DNA from: Patescibacteria group bacterium UBA6241
GTDB lineage: Bacteria; Patescibacteriota; Minisyncoccia; Phycocordibacterales; Phycocordibacteraceae
Reading direction: 5' to 3'
DNA length: 64,000 nucleotides
Assembly (NCBI GenBank): GCA_002441425.1
Contig: DJWB01000001.1
Location: forward strand, 298,712 to 362,711
Part shown: positions 35,008-45,397 of the stretch, piece after piece
How the letters are laid out: each line of letters begins with the position of its first letter
Position numbering within the stretch: position 1 is the stretch's first letter
Program-made: the position numbers and the translations under genes
Notes under the pieces: model-generated
The model's database searches: none
Seen by the model: the letters and a program-made list of their open reading frames with translations, nothing else
What the model was told of the DNA's origin: nothing

Positions 35008-37959
35008 TCCAAACCGTACACTACACCACTCGCAATCTGGGTTCTTGCAGGGCTCATTCCAAAAGGATAGAGAAAGTATTTCAGAAGCAACCTGTTTGAT
35101 CTGCTCCTCTAGCGCAGTGACTTCTTCCTCGGATATTTCAAATGCCTCAGTTCTTATACGATCCTTCTCATCAGGCTCTACAAATTCAATAACTCCTTCA
35201 TGCATGTGCTGCGGAGTTTCTGCACGAGAGAGAATCATTTTATAGAAAGACAGCTGGCGATAGTAGTTTCCGTTGCTCTCCTTTGTTTCTCCTTGTATAT
35301 CGTTCCTACTCTTTGACTTCCCCGTCTTGTAGTCAACAACACGGAATCCTTGTGGTGTCGTATCCATACGATCCAGTGCTCCTCGGACCAAGAGACTTTC
35401 ATCCCCAGACAAAGGCAAGTACGCCTCAATAGGCTGCTCTGCCTGAGTCTGTTCTGGCCATGAACCACTTCTTTCCTTATGCCAAAGGGTGAGCGAACGC
35501 TTTCCCTTTGCTTGTAGATCAAGCAGTTCTCGCTCAGTTAATGGAGAACGCTCAAGTGCCCGCTCAAAGACTGCATACAACCCCTCTGGGCCTATGTCTG
35601 TATTCTGGCTTCTCTCATCAGCATATCTCTTTAAAGCAGCATGTACTGCTGTTCCGTACAGCATGAACTTATTCTCAGCCTCTGGTATTCGTAACAGGTT
35701 TACGTAGAAGTAGTGCCACGGACACTCCAGATAGTTATTGAGTGCAGTAGGAGAAAGTCCCTGTGCGAAGAATGCAGCACGTAGTGTTGCGCGCTCGTCT
35801 TCGGAAGGACCATCCTTTTGTATACCCCTTTCTTGCAAAAGGAAGTCGTCAGCTTCGGGTGCTGTCTCCTGGACCACAATCTCTTGTGCAAGATCTTCAA
35901 GAAGTACTGATGGCTCATCAGCGCGTCCCTCTCCACGAGTTTCTGAGTAAGACAAAACCACATGCTCCTTGGCTCGCGTAATAGCTACATAGAAAAGTCT
36001 TCGCTCGTCCTCAAGTCCTGCACTTCCTGAAAGAATGTCTGGTAGGTGGAAATGCTCTGCGCGTGCTCGGGTAGACCATACACTTTCTGTCACACGAGGA
36101 ATAAATACTCTTCTAAATTCTCTCCCCTTTGCACCATGCACGGTCATAATCTTTACGCGAGTTTCGTCAGAAAAGACCCGTCCTGAAAGACTCATTTCTC
36201 GCTCTTCATACAACGTAACAAGCTCAAGTGCGCGTGGAAGCTGAGCAGTGTGTTCGCGTCTAACTAAGTCTTCAAATAGAGATAAGAGTGAGCGGACAGC
36301 TCCAAGACCCTCAGCCCGATCAGAACTTCCAAGGAGCGCCTTTAAAATTCCCGAGCGAATGAGTGCATGCTCCGCAACAACAGCAGGGCGTTCAATGGAG
36401 GCTTCCCGCGCCAATTCTTCAATAAGAGTTCCAAGAGCAATTGCATTCTCGGGAGAGTTTACCTTTGCATGCGTCAGGTCATCAAGAGAGCGAAGAACTT
36501 CAACTGCAGGCTTCCTCTCCTTCTTTGCATACTGCATGACACGCCATACGTCTGCTGCTGAGAGTGGGAATGCAGGGAGCGTGAGCACACCTGACAAATA
36601 CTCATCTCTTGGCTCTGCTACTACAACAAGTAAGCGAAGAAGCGCGAGCACATATCGGTTATGGAGTGCATTACCCTCGCCCTTTGCTGATACTGCAATG
36701 TCGTTCCTAATAAGTGCCTCTGCGATATCAGATACGTCTCTGTTACGCCGGACTAACACTGCGATATCGCCAGGAGGAATTCCCTCTTCTATGGTTTCCT
36801 TAATCCGGTCAACGAGCATCGCTATTTCCGCCTCAGGTGATGGGCACGTAACGAGTAAAACTGGCTTAGGCGTATGATCTGTCCTAGATACTAACGCTGC
36901 ACGAGAAAGTCTGGTATCAGGAGACTTTTCAATAAGAGACAGTGCTGAATCTAGGATGGTCTGTGTAGAGCGATAGTTTTCAACTAAGGCAACAATTTTA
37001 GTATCTTCATATCTCTGCCTGAAGTAGTGCACATTGTCCAAATCTGCTCCTTGGAATCTATAGATCGCCTGCTTCTCATCTCCCACAATGAAGATATTGG
37101 GGCGCTCATGATAGTCACTAATAAGTTCAAGTAAGGCGTTCTGTGAACGGTTTGCATCCTGATGTTCGTCAGCAAGCACATACAAGAGTGACTCCTGAAC
37201 TTGCCTGAGGAAGGATTCGTCTTCCTTGAGCGCGCGCACTACTTCAAGAATAAGGTCGTCAAAATCATAGCGCTTCTTCCTTGTAAGTTGCTCTTCGTAC
37301 GCCCGATATACTAAAAGCAAATCTCCTGTTTTTTCAATCTTCTTTTGTAGCTTCTCGTACTCTCCTTTCATCTTGCCCTGGTACTTTCCCTTCTCATGTA
37401 CCTTGTCAGGGATTGCATCAAATATTTTCTGTTCTTCATCTACTCGCTCCTCAAGCACGTCTAGTGTTATGTGCTCTCGCTTCATAACAGAGATAGCCCG
37501 TGCTACTGCTCCGTGGTAGTACAGAGGATCTCCATATGGCCTTAGGTGCTTAACTTCACTTGTGAGAATGGCTTCGTCTAGTATCTCGGCCCGCTCAGCA
37601 TCTGAAGCAATTTCTGAACCAACAATCTTTGGGAATTGGTCCGGGTACTGCGCAATGAGTGTTTCCGCAAAGCCATGGAATGTATGTATACGCACTTTCC
37701 ATGCAGTACTTCCAATTATCTTTGCAAGGCGACTTCGCATTTCTGCTGCCGCAGCATCTGTAAATGTGAGGGCGAGAATAGCGTCCGGAGGCGTGTCAGT
37801 CTTCTGGAGAATATTCGCAATACGGAGCGTGAGTACCTGAGTCTTTCCTGTTCCAGGTCCCGCTATCACAAAGACAGGTCCTTCAATAGAATCTACGGCA
37901 AGTCTCTGGCCTTCATTGAGTGATTCGTATGCGTCTTTAAAGGCCACGGGGTCTTTCAT
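35005..37959 (-). CDS. UvrD/PcrA-family helicase fused to a RecB-type PD-(D/E)xK nuclease (AdnAB-like)
   Basis: AGPGTGKT, DEHQD, ENYRS, HGAKGREF, FYVAITRA; C-terminal DRMD...VDYKTG, QLSFY and four Cys (CPW...C-x4-CxxC). Confidence 0.9.
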   Translation of the reverse strand: MKDPVAFKDAYESLNEGQRLAVDSIEGPVFVIAGPGTGKTQVLTLRIANILQKTDTPPDAILALTFTDAAAAEMRSRLAKIIGSTAWKVRIHTFHGFAETLIAQYPDQFPKIVGSEIASDAERAEILDEAILTSEVKHLRPYGDPLYYHGAVARAISVMKREHITLDVLEERVDEEQKIFDAIPDKVHEKGKYQGKMKGEYEKLQKKIEKTGDLLLVYRAYEEQLTRKKRYDFDDLILEVVRALKEDESFLRQVQESLLYVLADEHQDANRSQNALLELISDYHERPNIFIVGDEKQAIYRFQGADLDNVHYFRQRYEDTKIVALVENYRSTQTILDSALSLIEKSPDTRLSRAALVSRTDHTPKPVLLVTCPSPEAEIAMLVDRIKETIEEGIPPGDIAVLVRRNRDVSDIAEALIRNDIAVSAKGEGNALHNRYVLALLRLLVVVAEPRDEYLSGVLTLPAFPLSAADVWRVMQYAKKERKPAVEVLRSLDDLTHAKVNSPENAIALGTLIEELAREASIERPAVVAEHALIRSGILKALLGSSDRAEGLGAVRSLLSLFEDLVRREHTAQLPRALELVTLYEEREMSLSGRVFSDETRVKIMTVHGAKGREFRRVFIPRVTESVWSTRARAEHFHLPDILSGSAGLEDERRLFYVAITRAKEHVVLSYSETRGEGRADEPSVLLEDLAQEIVVQETAPEADDFLLQERGIQKDGPSEDERATLRAAFFAQGLSPTALNNYLECPWHYFYVNLLRIPEAENKFMLYGTAVHAALKRYADERSQNTDIGPEGLYAVFERALERSPLTERELLDLQAKGKRSLTLWHKERSGSWPEQTQAEQPIEAYLPLSGDESLLVRGALDRMDTTPQGFRVVDYKTGKSKSRNDIQGETKESNGNYYRQLSFYKMILSRAETPQHMHEGVIEFVEPDEKDRIRTEAFEISEEEVTALEEQIKQVASEILSLSFWNEPCKNPDCEWCSVRFG

Positions 37960-38029
37960 AGAGATAGTGTACCTGACTTAAGGCAGTCTAAGAAAGGCAC
38001 AACAAAAGCCCGCATATACGGGCTTTTAT

Positions 38030-39313
38030 TTAGTAACTCTTCAGTCTCCTACTCTTGTCATGCGTTCTAATCTTTTCAAGAGCTTTAGCCTCAATCTGGC
38101 GAATACGCTCGCGCGTAACTCCAAACTCTTTTCCTACCTCTTCAAGGGTGTGATAGACCCCATCAAGAAGTCCGTGACGCATCTCAAGAATCTTTCGCTC
38201 CTTAGGGCTAAGATCTTCAAGGATATCGCGAACTTGTTCACCAAGAATACGTTCTGAAGACTCCTGTACTGGAGATGGTATCTTATCGTCCGCAATAAAG
38301 TCTCCAAGAGTTGAACGATCATCATCATCTGATCCAATAGGATTCTCAAGTGATAGTGTATCCTGATTAATCTTCTCAATCTGATAGATTTTATCTACCT
38401 CAACACCCATCTCAACTGCAATCTCTTCAGGCTGTGCATCACGTCCAAGTACCTGAGAAAGTCGTCTTGAAACTTGCTTGTACTTAGCAATGGTCTCAAC
38501 CATGTGCACAGGGATACGAATGGTACGAGACTGGTCTGCAAGTGCGCGAGTTATAGCCTGGCGAATCCACCACGTCGCATACGTTGAGAACTTGAATCCC
38601 TTATTCCAATCAAACTTATCAACGGCTTTGAACAAGCCAAGATTTCCTTCCTGAATAAGGTCTAGGAGTGTGAGGTCTGGAGAGCGACCTACATACTTCT
38701 TTGCGATAGATACAACGAGACGAAGGTTGGAACGCGCAAGAATATTGCGTGCTTCGTCATCCCCGCGCTCAATACGCTGAGCAAGCTCACGCTCTTCAGC
38801 TGCAGTTAGAAGTGGGTACTGTCCAATCTCACGCAGATAAATCTGTATAGAATCATACGCAGCTGAATCTCTTCCTTTAATGTTGCGAGTTGCGAGGTAC
38901 TGATCTGTAGCATCCTCAAGCATACCTCCCTCCAAAATATCAATGCCTGCAATAGTGAAGCGCTCGTATAGCTCATCCAAGAACATGATGTCGTCCTCAA
39001 CATGAGGAAACTCCTTGAGGATCTCACTGTAGGTGATGTACCCGCGCTCCTTACCTTTCTTAATAAGCATTTCTGCCTTATCAAGCTTCTGTGCAGCAGC
39101 TTTTGCTTTAGCACCCTTAGCTGCAGCGCGTACTACATTCTTAATCTGTTCCTTCTTTACAGGCTTCTTTGCTGGAGTCTTTTTTGCAGCAACTTTCTTA
39201 ACAGTCTTTTTAGCAACTGGTTTCTTTGCAACCTTTTTAGGTGCAGTCTTCTTTACTGCCTTTTTAGCAGCAACTTTCTTAACTACCTTCTTTGCAGGTT
39301 TCTTTGGGGCCAT
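38030..39313 (-). CDS. rpoD: Primary RNA polymerase sigma factor with Lys/Ala-rich N-terminal extension
   Basis: Regions 1.1-4: [39 protein letters not shown]. Confidence 0.95.
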   Translation of the reverse strand: MAPKKPAKKVVKKVAAKKAVKKTAPKKVAKKPVAKKTVKKVAAKKTPAKKPVKKEQIKNVVRAAAKGAKAKAAAQKLDKAEMLIKKGKERGYITYSEILKEFPHVEDDIMFLDELYERFTIAGIDILEGGMLEDATDQYLATRNIKGRDSAAYDSIQIYLREIGQYPLLTAAEERELAQRIERGDDEARNILARSNLRLVVSIAKKYVGRSPDLTLLDLIQEGNLGLFKAVDKFDWNKGFKFSTYATWWIRQAITRALADQSRTIRIPVHMVETIAKYKQVSRRLSQVLGRDAQPEEIAVEMGVEVDKIYQIEKINQDTLSLENPIGSDDDDRSTLGDFIADDKIPSPVQESSERILGEQVRDILEDLSPKERKILEMRHGLLDGVYHTLEEVGKEFGVTRERIRQIEAKALEKIRTHDKSRRLKSY

Positions 39314-39346
39314 GGAATTGTGAAGAAAAGTGAATAATGGAAAACA

Positions 39347-41020
39347 CTATGTAAAAGTGGCAAGCGCCTGTGCGAGAGAGCGGCATTCTTCACTCGCTTC
39401 TTGTATTTCTTTCTTGTTTTGAGAGGCTTCCGCTACGCGAAGACGCACGGTTGCGTCACCAAGACGCTCCGTGAGGATTGTTTTCTCAAACACTGTTATG
39501 AGGTCGTCCGCCGCCAATTCTTCCGGTGCCTCGCCATAAGCGATCCCTGCCTCGAATATAACCTGTTCGGGAGGAGGCTCGTCCGGAAACGGTGCGCCGA
39601 TAATACGAGCGTACGCGTCCTTGAGCCGTTTTGCAAGTGCTGTTTCAGGATAACAAGCAACTAGGGCACGCATTGAGAGGTCCAAACTCACACTTGTGCG
39701 TGAGGCCTCCTTCTTTGGGGCTACTACAGCGGGTATGGGCTTTTTCTCCTCCCCTTCCTTAGGCAGGCGCGCAAGTGCCTGGCGGAGCGCTTCTGGTGTA
39801 GATCCAAGACGCTGTGCAGCAATACCAACGAAGTGCTCTCGCTCCATGGGGCTTTGAATTGCAGCTATCAAGGGGAGTACCACTTGCTCCGCCTTAATAA
39901 TAAGACGGTGTGAGTCCTTTTCGCTTTCAGAGAGTACAGAAAGGAAGAACTCAATAATAGGAAGCGCCTCAGACACACGCTTAGTAAACTCCTTCGGATC
40001 TTCCGTTGCTAAATCTGCCGGATCCTTTCCTTCAGGCAAGCGCACTGCCTTTACGCGAAGTCCTGCCTTAAGCGCAACAAGTGCACTCTTCATAGAAGCG
40101 TTCAGTCCTGCCCTATCGCTATCAAGCGCAAGCATAAGATTGTCTGCGTACCGCTTAATAAGACTCAGATGGGTTGGGGTGAGAGCCGTTCCTGAAAGCG
40201 CAACGGTATTTGTAAATCCAATCTGATGCAGTATAAGGAGATCCATCTGTCCCTCAACAAGCAGTGCAAACCCTCTCGTACGTATCGCATCCTTTGCTTT
40301 GTGCATGCCAAAAAGAATCTCAGACTTCCTGTATAGTTCTGTCTCCGGAGAATTGAGATACTTTGCCTGATCGTTTGGATCAAGTGCTCTGCCCGTAAAC
40401 GCAACCGTACGGCCTGCAGTATCCTGTATCGGAAACATAAGTCTGTTCCTAAAGCGGTCGTACCATGTTCCCTTCTTCTCATCAGCTTCTTTTATGAGTC
40501 CCGCAGCAACTAATTCCTCCGTGCTGAACCCAGATGCACTCAAAGATTCAAGCACAGTACGCCACGCATCCGGAGCGAATCCTAAATTCCAATCTTTAAT
40601 GCTCTTCTCGGACAACCCTCTAGACCGCGCGTATGTATATGCATCTCCTTTTGAATCAAGCAAAGAAGTATACAAAGCCTGTGCGCGTGACATTGCTTCA
40701 TACAGCCGGTCCTGTTTTCCCTTGTCTTGTTTGCTTCCGGTATACACCATTTCAACCCCTGCTTTCTCAGCAAGAATCTTGAGCGCCCCCTTAAAATCAA
40801 CACCTTCCATCTTCTGCACGAACTCAAACTGGTCTCCGCCTTGTCCTGAAGAGAAACAATAGTACGTTCCGCGTTCAGGATTTACATAGAATGAAGGGGT
40901 CTTCTCCTTGTTAAAAGGAGAGAGGCCTTTATAGTTGCGGCCCGATTTTGTGAGCTTTACGTAGGGTGCAACAACCTCAAGAATGGAGAGTTTTTCCTTT
41001 ATTTTCTGGACAGTATCCAT
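39347..41020 (-). CDS. dnaG: DNA primase
   Basis: EKTPSF, DRFRNRLMFP, KYLNSPET, VEGQMD, DSDRAG; start at ATG 41020. Confidence 0.95.
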   Translation of the reverse strand: MDTVQKIKEKLSILEVVAPYVKLTKSGRNYKGLSPFNKEKTPSFYVNPERGTYYCFSSGQGGDQFEFVQKMEGVDFKGALKILAEKAGVEMVYTGSKQDKGKQDRLYEAMSRAQALYTSLLDSKGDAYTYARSRGLSEKSIKDWNLGFAPDAWRTVLESLSASGFSTEELVAAGLIKEADEKKGTWYDRFRNRLMFPIQDTAGRTVAFTGRALDPNDQAKYLNSPETELYRKSEILFGMHKAKDAIRTRGFALLVEGQMDLLILHQIGFTNTVALSGTALTPTHLSLIKRYADNLMLALDSDRAGLNASMKSALVALKAGLRVKAVRLPEGKDPADLATEDPKEFTKRVSEALPIIEFFLSVLSESEKDSHRLIIKAEQVVLPLIAAIQSPMEREHFVGIAAQRLGSTPEALRQALARLPKEGEEKKPIPAVVAPKKEASRTSVSLDLSMRALVACYPETALAKRLKDAYARIIGAPFPDEPPPEQVIFEAGIAYGEAPEELAADDLITVFEKTILTERLGDATVRLRVAEASQNKKEIQEASEECRSLAQALATFT

Positions 41021-41144
41021 GGATAGCTCTAGTGTACCGTATCTTAGATTCCTTAGCCTTACGCACGGGAAGTTTGCTAATTCCATAAAAGTGAAGTACA
41101 AAAGTTCATACGTTCCTTCTATCTGTCCTTAGAGAGGCCTTGAA

Positions 41145-41594
41145 ATGGCAAACTTTGTCCATGTCTATAGGCCTTGCGGGATTCTTATATATCTTCGCGG
41201 CCTACAAGAAGACAGCGAGTGCTGCGTGATACCGTACCAGCACTCTCTGCAGCTTGCGATCGCCGATAGCATCGTACAGCAAAGAAGGCGGATGCTTCCT
41301 CAGGAGCTTACATTCCTGAGAATGCATCTGAATCTCACCAGAAAGGAGTTTGCTTCCCTCTTTGGAGTTACGAAAGCTGAAGTTGTTGAGTGGGAGCTTG
41401 GATCAAAAACTCCAAGAATATCCCACGAGGCGGGCCTCCGGCGCTACATCTTCACTTCTCGCTTCAGAAAGGCACCAGACGCAAGCGAACTTCTCAGTTG
41501 GAATGCGCAGGTGAAGAATCCAGAAGATCTCTACTATATCTTTGACGCTTCATCTCCACCAAGTTACAGATTAATCAGGACCCCTACCGTATAA
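41145..41594 (+). CDS. XRE/YiaG-like HTH protein
   Basis: LRMHLNLTRKEFASLFGVTKAEVVEWELG. Confidence 0.7.
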   Translation: MANFVHVYRPCGILIYLRGLQEDSECCVIPYQHSLQLAIADSIVQQRRRMLPQELTFLRMHLNLTRKEFASLFGVTKAEVVEWELGSKTPRISHEAGLRRYIFTSRFRKAPDASELLSWNAQVKNPEDLYYIFDASSPPSYRLIRTPTV

Positions 41595-41647
41595 GTGGGG
41601 TCCTTTTTATATGCAAAATCCCTCTCATTTCTGAGAGGGATTTTGCA
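41577..41647. terminator. Two adjacent terminators (HTH gene and rpoC)
   Basis: AGGACCCC...GGGGTCCTTTTT and TGCAAAATCCCTCTCA...TGAGAGGGATTTTGCA. Confidence 0.75.
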
Positions 41648-41665
41648 ACCTGAACGGTCTTTAGA

Positions 41666-44600
41666 TTATGCAGCGGGTTCCTCTGCAAGACGCTCTACCT
41701 CAAGGGCACGCATCTGTGCAGCTCGTCTTTGCTGCATTCCATCAATCGCAGCGTGCTTCTTAGAGCCGTTGAATCCAGTTCCTGCTGGAATAAGGCGTCC
41801 AAGAATAACGTTCTCCTTAAGACCGCGAAGTGTATCAACCGATCCCTTTAGAGATGCGTTGATAAGAATCTTCGTAGTCTGCTCAAAGGACGCAGCTGAG
41901 AGGAATGAGCGACGAGAAAGTGCAGACTCCTTGATACCAAGCACCATTTCGCGTGCCTTTGGTGCAATCTTGCCCTCTCCCTCCATCTCCTTAACCTCTT
42001 CCTCAAACTCCCACTGCTCAACTACATCTCCAACAGAGTAATCTGAATCACCTGTCTCTGTAATCTTTGCACGTGAGAACATCTGCTTCACCACAACTTC
42101 CAAGTGCTTGCGGGATACAGATGCACCCTGTAGCTCATAGATCTTGCTGGTCTCAGCAATGATGTACTCCTGAACTGCGGCGCGGCCGGCGCGCTCAAAC
42201 AATTCATCAAGGTCTGCAGAACCATCAGAAAGGAATTGTCCCTTCACTACAGTCTGGCCCTCCTTAACAAGTGCCTGACGAGGATAGGTAAGTACGTACT
42301 CAGTGTTAGAGCCATCCTTCTTACCCTGTCCAGCCTCTGGAGTTACCACAACAACCTTGTCTCTGCCTTGCTCGCGGATCTCCGCAATCAAGCCATCAAA
42401 CTTAGATATTGCTGCGGCATTCTTTGGAGAGCGCTTCTCAAACACTTCCTCAATACGAGGAAGACCTGAGGTAATGTCTCCACCCACAGATGCAGTTCCT
42501 CCAGCGTGGAAGGTACGCATAGTGAGCTGCGTTCCTGGCTCACCAATAGCCTGTGCTGCAATGGTTCCTACTGCCTCTCCAAGATCAACTGGGAGCTGCG
42601 TAGAGAGATCCATTCCGTAACACGTGCCACAGATACCATAGCGAGTCTCACATGCCATTGGAGAACGAACAGACACGCTTGATACAGATTCGTCTGCAGC
42701 AATAGTCTGCGCATCCTCAGCTGAAAGATAGGTTCCCTTCTTAAAGCCTGCAACCTCAAGCGCAAGCGTGCGTCCGCGAATCGCTTCAGCGAAATCAATC
42801 TTGATTCCTGATGCTGATACGCGATTGATTGCAACGCCACGCTTCGTACCACAATCCTTCTCAGTGATGATTGAGTCCTGTGCTACGTCAAACAAGCGAC
42901 GAGTAAGGTATCCTGCGCGTGCAGTTCCAAGCGCGGTGTCAGTAAGACCCTTACGTGCACCGTGTGTGGACATGAAGTACTCAACTGGGTTAAGTCCCTC
43001 AGTCATTGAAGACACAATCGGCACTTCAATGGTCTCTCCCGCAGTGTTCTGGATCAGACCCTTCATACCAGCCATCTGGGTTAGGTTTCCGATAGAACCA
43101 CGAGCACCGGAGCGTACCATGTCATGCACAGATCCTGTTGGATCAAGCGCGTCTTCAACAAGCTTCTCTACCTCAGTCTTAGCACCGTGCCAGACTTCAA
43201 TAACCATGCGGCGCTTCTCTTCCTCAGAGAGAAGTCCGTCCTGGAAGTCTCCCTCAATACGCTCAACCTTAGTACGTGCTGCGGTTACAATTGCCCCCTT
43301 TCCTTCAGGAACAGACACGTCATCAAGAGACCATGAGACACCAGACTTAGTGGCGTACTCAAAGCCGAAACGCTTCACCTTGTTTACGATTCCCGGTACT
43401 GCATCAATGCCGTATTTATCAATACAGTCATTCATGATGCCAGTGATCACCTTCTTGCTGATTGCGTCATTCACGAACGGGTAGTCAGCAGGAAGCACGG
43501 TGTTGAACAAGAGACGTCCTACGGTTGTCTCAAAGATTCCGTCACCCATAACTGAGTACTTAGCCTTTCCTGCAACCGGAAGAACGTTAATTACAGCTCG
43601 TAGATCAACTGCCCCGTACTCATGTGCGAGAATCGCAGCGTTTGGAGACTGGAAGTAGTTTCCTTCTCCCTTAGATCCTGGCATAGCCTTTGTAAGCCAG
43701 TAGGTTCCAAGCACGATATCAAGCGGCTTCTGCGTCATAACAATCATTTCGCCAGAACCTGGCTTGAGAATGTTCTTGTTTGCAGACATAACGTTTGCAG
43801 CCTCCCACTGTGCTTCTTCTGAAAGCGGTACGTGGATCGCCATCTGGTCTCCGTCAAAGTCCGCGTTGAACGCAGGACATACGAGCGGGTGAAGCTGGAT
43901 CGCATCACCTTCAATAAGACGAGGACGGAATGCCTGAATACCCTGACGGTGCAGTGTTGGCGCGCGGTTAAGCAATACGTGCTTGCCCTGAATCGCCTCT
44001 TCAAGAATCTCCCATACCTCAGCAACTCCATCTTCAATCAAGCGACCCGCACCACGGATGTTGAACGCAAGCTCGCGCTGCAAGAGTCCTGCAATAACGA
44101 ATGGGCGGAAAAGCTCAAGTGCCATGTGCTTTGGAAGACCACACTCATCAAGCTCCAAATCAGGTCCCACTACAATTACTGAGCGGCCTGAGTAGTCCAC
44201 ACGCTTTCCAAGCAAGTTCTGTCGGAAGTATCCCTGCTTACCCTTAAGGTAGTCAGCGAGTGACTTAAGCGGACGGCGCTGTGATGGCGTGAGTGCTCCT
44301 GCTGACGCTCCTCCCTTGCGGATTGAGTTGTCTAGCAATGCATCAACTGCCTCCTGAAGAATACGCTTCTCGTTGCGGAGAATAACTTCAGGTGCATGAA
44401 TATCAAGCAACTTCTTAAGACGGTTGTTGCGGTTGATAACACGGCGATACAGATCGTTAACGTCTGAGGTTGCGTGTCGTCCTCCTTCAAGTGCCACCAT
44501 CGGGCGAAGTGCCGGAGGAATAACTGGGATCTTCGTGAGGAACATCCATTCAGGACGTACCTTTGATGCAATCATTGAAGAGATGAGCGAGATACGCTTT

Positions 44601-45382
44601 GCAAGCTTCTCACGCTCAGCTGCTGCTGCCTTTGGATAACGCTCCTCAAGCGTTGCCTTGAGGTCCTCAAGCTTAAGAGTGCGGAAGATATCGTAGATAG
44701 CCTCAGCTCCAATCTTTGCCTCAAAGAGAGTTCCGTAACGAACTGAGAAGCGGTGGTACTGCACTTCATCAAATACCTTTCCAACAACCACGCTCTCAAT
44801 CTCGTTCTTCGCTACAGTCATCTTCTCCTTAAGCGTGTCGCGCTCTTGGTCAGTTGCTGCTGCCTTGTGCTTAGTCTTGTACTCGTTCTCAAGCTCAGCA
44901 AGGATGCGCTTCTTCACGTCTTCAGCGACTTTCGTCACAATGTACCCCGCAAAGTACACAACCTTCTCCAAGTCTGCAGAAGGAATACCAAGAATAAGTG
45001 CCATGCGGCTTGGCATGGAGCGAAGGAACCAGATGTGCGCTACAGGTGTAACGAGCTCAATGTGGCCCATACGCTCACGACGCACAATTGAACGGGTGAT
45101 TTCAACACCACACTTGTCACACACAATACCCTTGTAACGGATACCTTTGTACTTTCCGCAGTAACACTCGTAATCACGCTCAGGACCAAAGATCTTTTCG
45201 TCAAAGAGTCCGTGCTTCTCAGAGCGCTGGGTGCGGTAGTTAATTGTCTCTGGTTTCGTGATTTCTCCACGAGACCACGACAGGATGCGCTCAGGTGAAG
45301 CGAGCGATAGGCGAAGCGCGTTCCAATCTAGGGAACGTGGTGCCATCGGACGCTTTCCGGAGGAATTCATGGGAGTTGCCAT
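41666..45382 (-). CDS. rpoC: RNA polymerase beta' subunit
   Basis: NADFDGD, CYCGK zinc finger, GEPGTQLTMRTFH. Confidence 0.98.
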   Translation of the reverse strand: MATPMNSSGKRPMAPRSLDWNALRLSLASPERILSWSRGEITKPETINYRTQRSEKHGLFDEKIFGPERDYECYCGKYKGIRYKGIVCDKCGVEITRSIVRRERMGHIELVTPVAHIWFLRSMPSRMALILGIPSADLEKVVYFAGYIVTKVAEDVKKRILAELENEYKTKHKAAATDQERDTLKEKMTVAKNEIESVVVGKVFDEVQYHRFSVRYGTLFEAKIGAEAIYDIFRTLKLEDLKATLEERYPKAAAAEREKLAKRISLISSMIASKVRPEWMFLTKIPVIPPALRPMVALEGGRHATSDVNDLYRRVINRNNRLKKLLDIHAPEVILRNEKRILQEAVDALLDNSIRKGGASAGALTPSQRRPLKSLADYLKGKQGYFRQNLLGKRVDYSGRSVIVVGPDLELDECGLPKHMALELFRPFVIAGLLQRELAFNIRGAGRLIEDGVAEVWEILEEAIQGKHVLLNRAPTLHRQGIQAFRPRLIEGDAIQLHPLVCPAFNADFDGDQMAIHVPLSEEAQWEAANVMSANKNILKPGSGEMIVMTQKPLDIVLGTYWLTKAMPGSKGEGNYFQSPNAAILAHEYGAVDLRAVINVLPVAGKAKYSVMGDGIFETTVGRLLFNTVLPADYPFVNDAISKKVITGIMNDCIDKYGIDAVPGIVNKVKRFGFEYATKSGVSWSLDDVSVPEGKGAIVTAARTKVERIEGDFQDGLLSEEEKRRMVIEVWHGAKTEVEKLVEDALDPTGSVHDMVRSGARGSIGNLTQMAGMKGLIQNTAGETIEVPIVSSMTEGLNPVEYFMSTHGARKGLTDTALGTARAGYLTRRLFDVAQDSIITEKDCGTKRGVAINRVSASGIKIDFAEAIRGRTLALEVAGFKKGTYLSAEDAQTIAADESVSSVSVRSPMACETRYGICGTCYGMDLSTQLPVDLGEAVGTIAAQAIGEPGTQLTMRTFHAGGTASVGGDITSGLPRIEEVFEKRSPKNAAAISKFDGLIAEIREQGRDKVVVVTPEAGQGKKDGSNTEYVLTYPRQALVKEGQTVVKGQFLSDGSADLDELFERAGRAAVQEYIIAETSKIYELQGASVSRKHLEVVVKQMFSRAKITETGDSDYSVGDVVEQWEFEEEVKEMEGEGKIAPKAREMVLGIKESALSRRSFLSAASFEQTTKILINASLKGSVDTLRGLKENVILGRLIPAGTGFNGSKKHAAIDGMQQRRAAQMRALEVERLAEEPAA

Positions 45383-45397
45383 ATTAGTTCAAGAGGA

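Noticed and set aside
39110-39310. Repetitive DNA resembling an array
   Set aside because: Low-complexity coding sequence of the RpoD Lys/Ala tail; no constant repeat with spacers.
41145-41594. Complete toxin-antitoxin module
   Set aside because: The HTH gene resembles an antitoxin, but no adjacent toxin ORF is visible.
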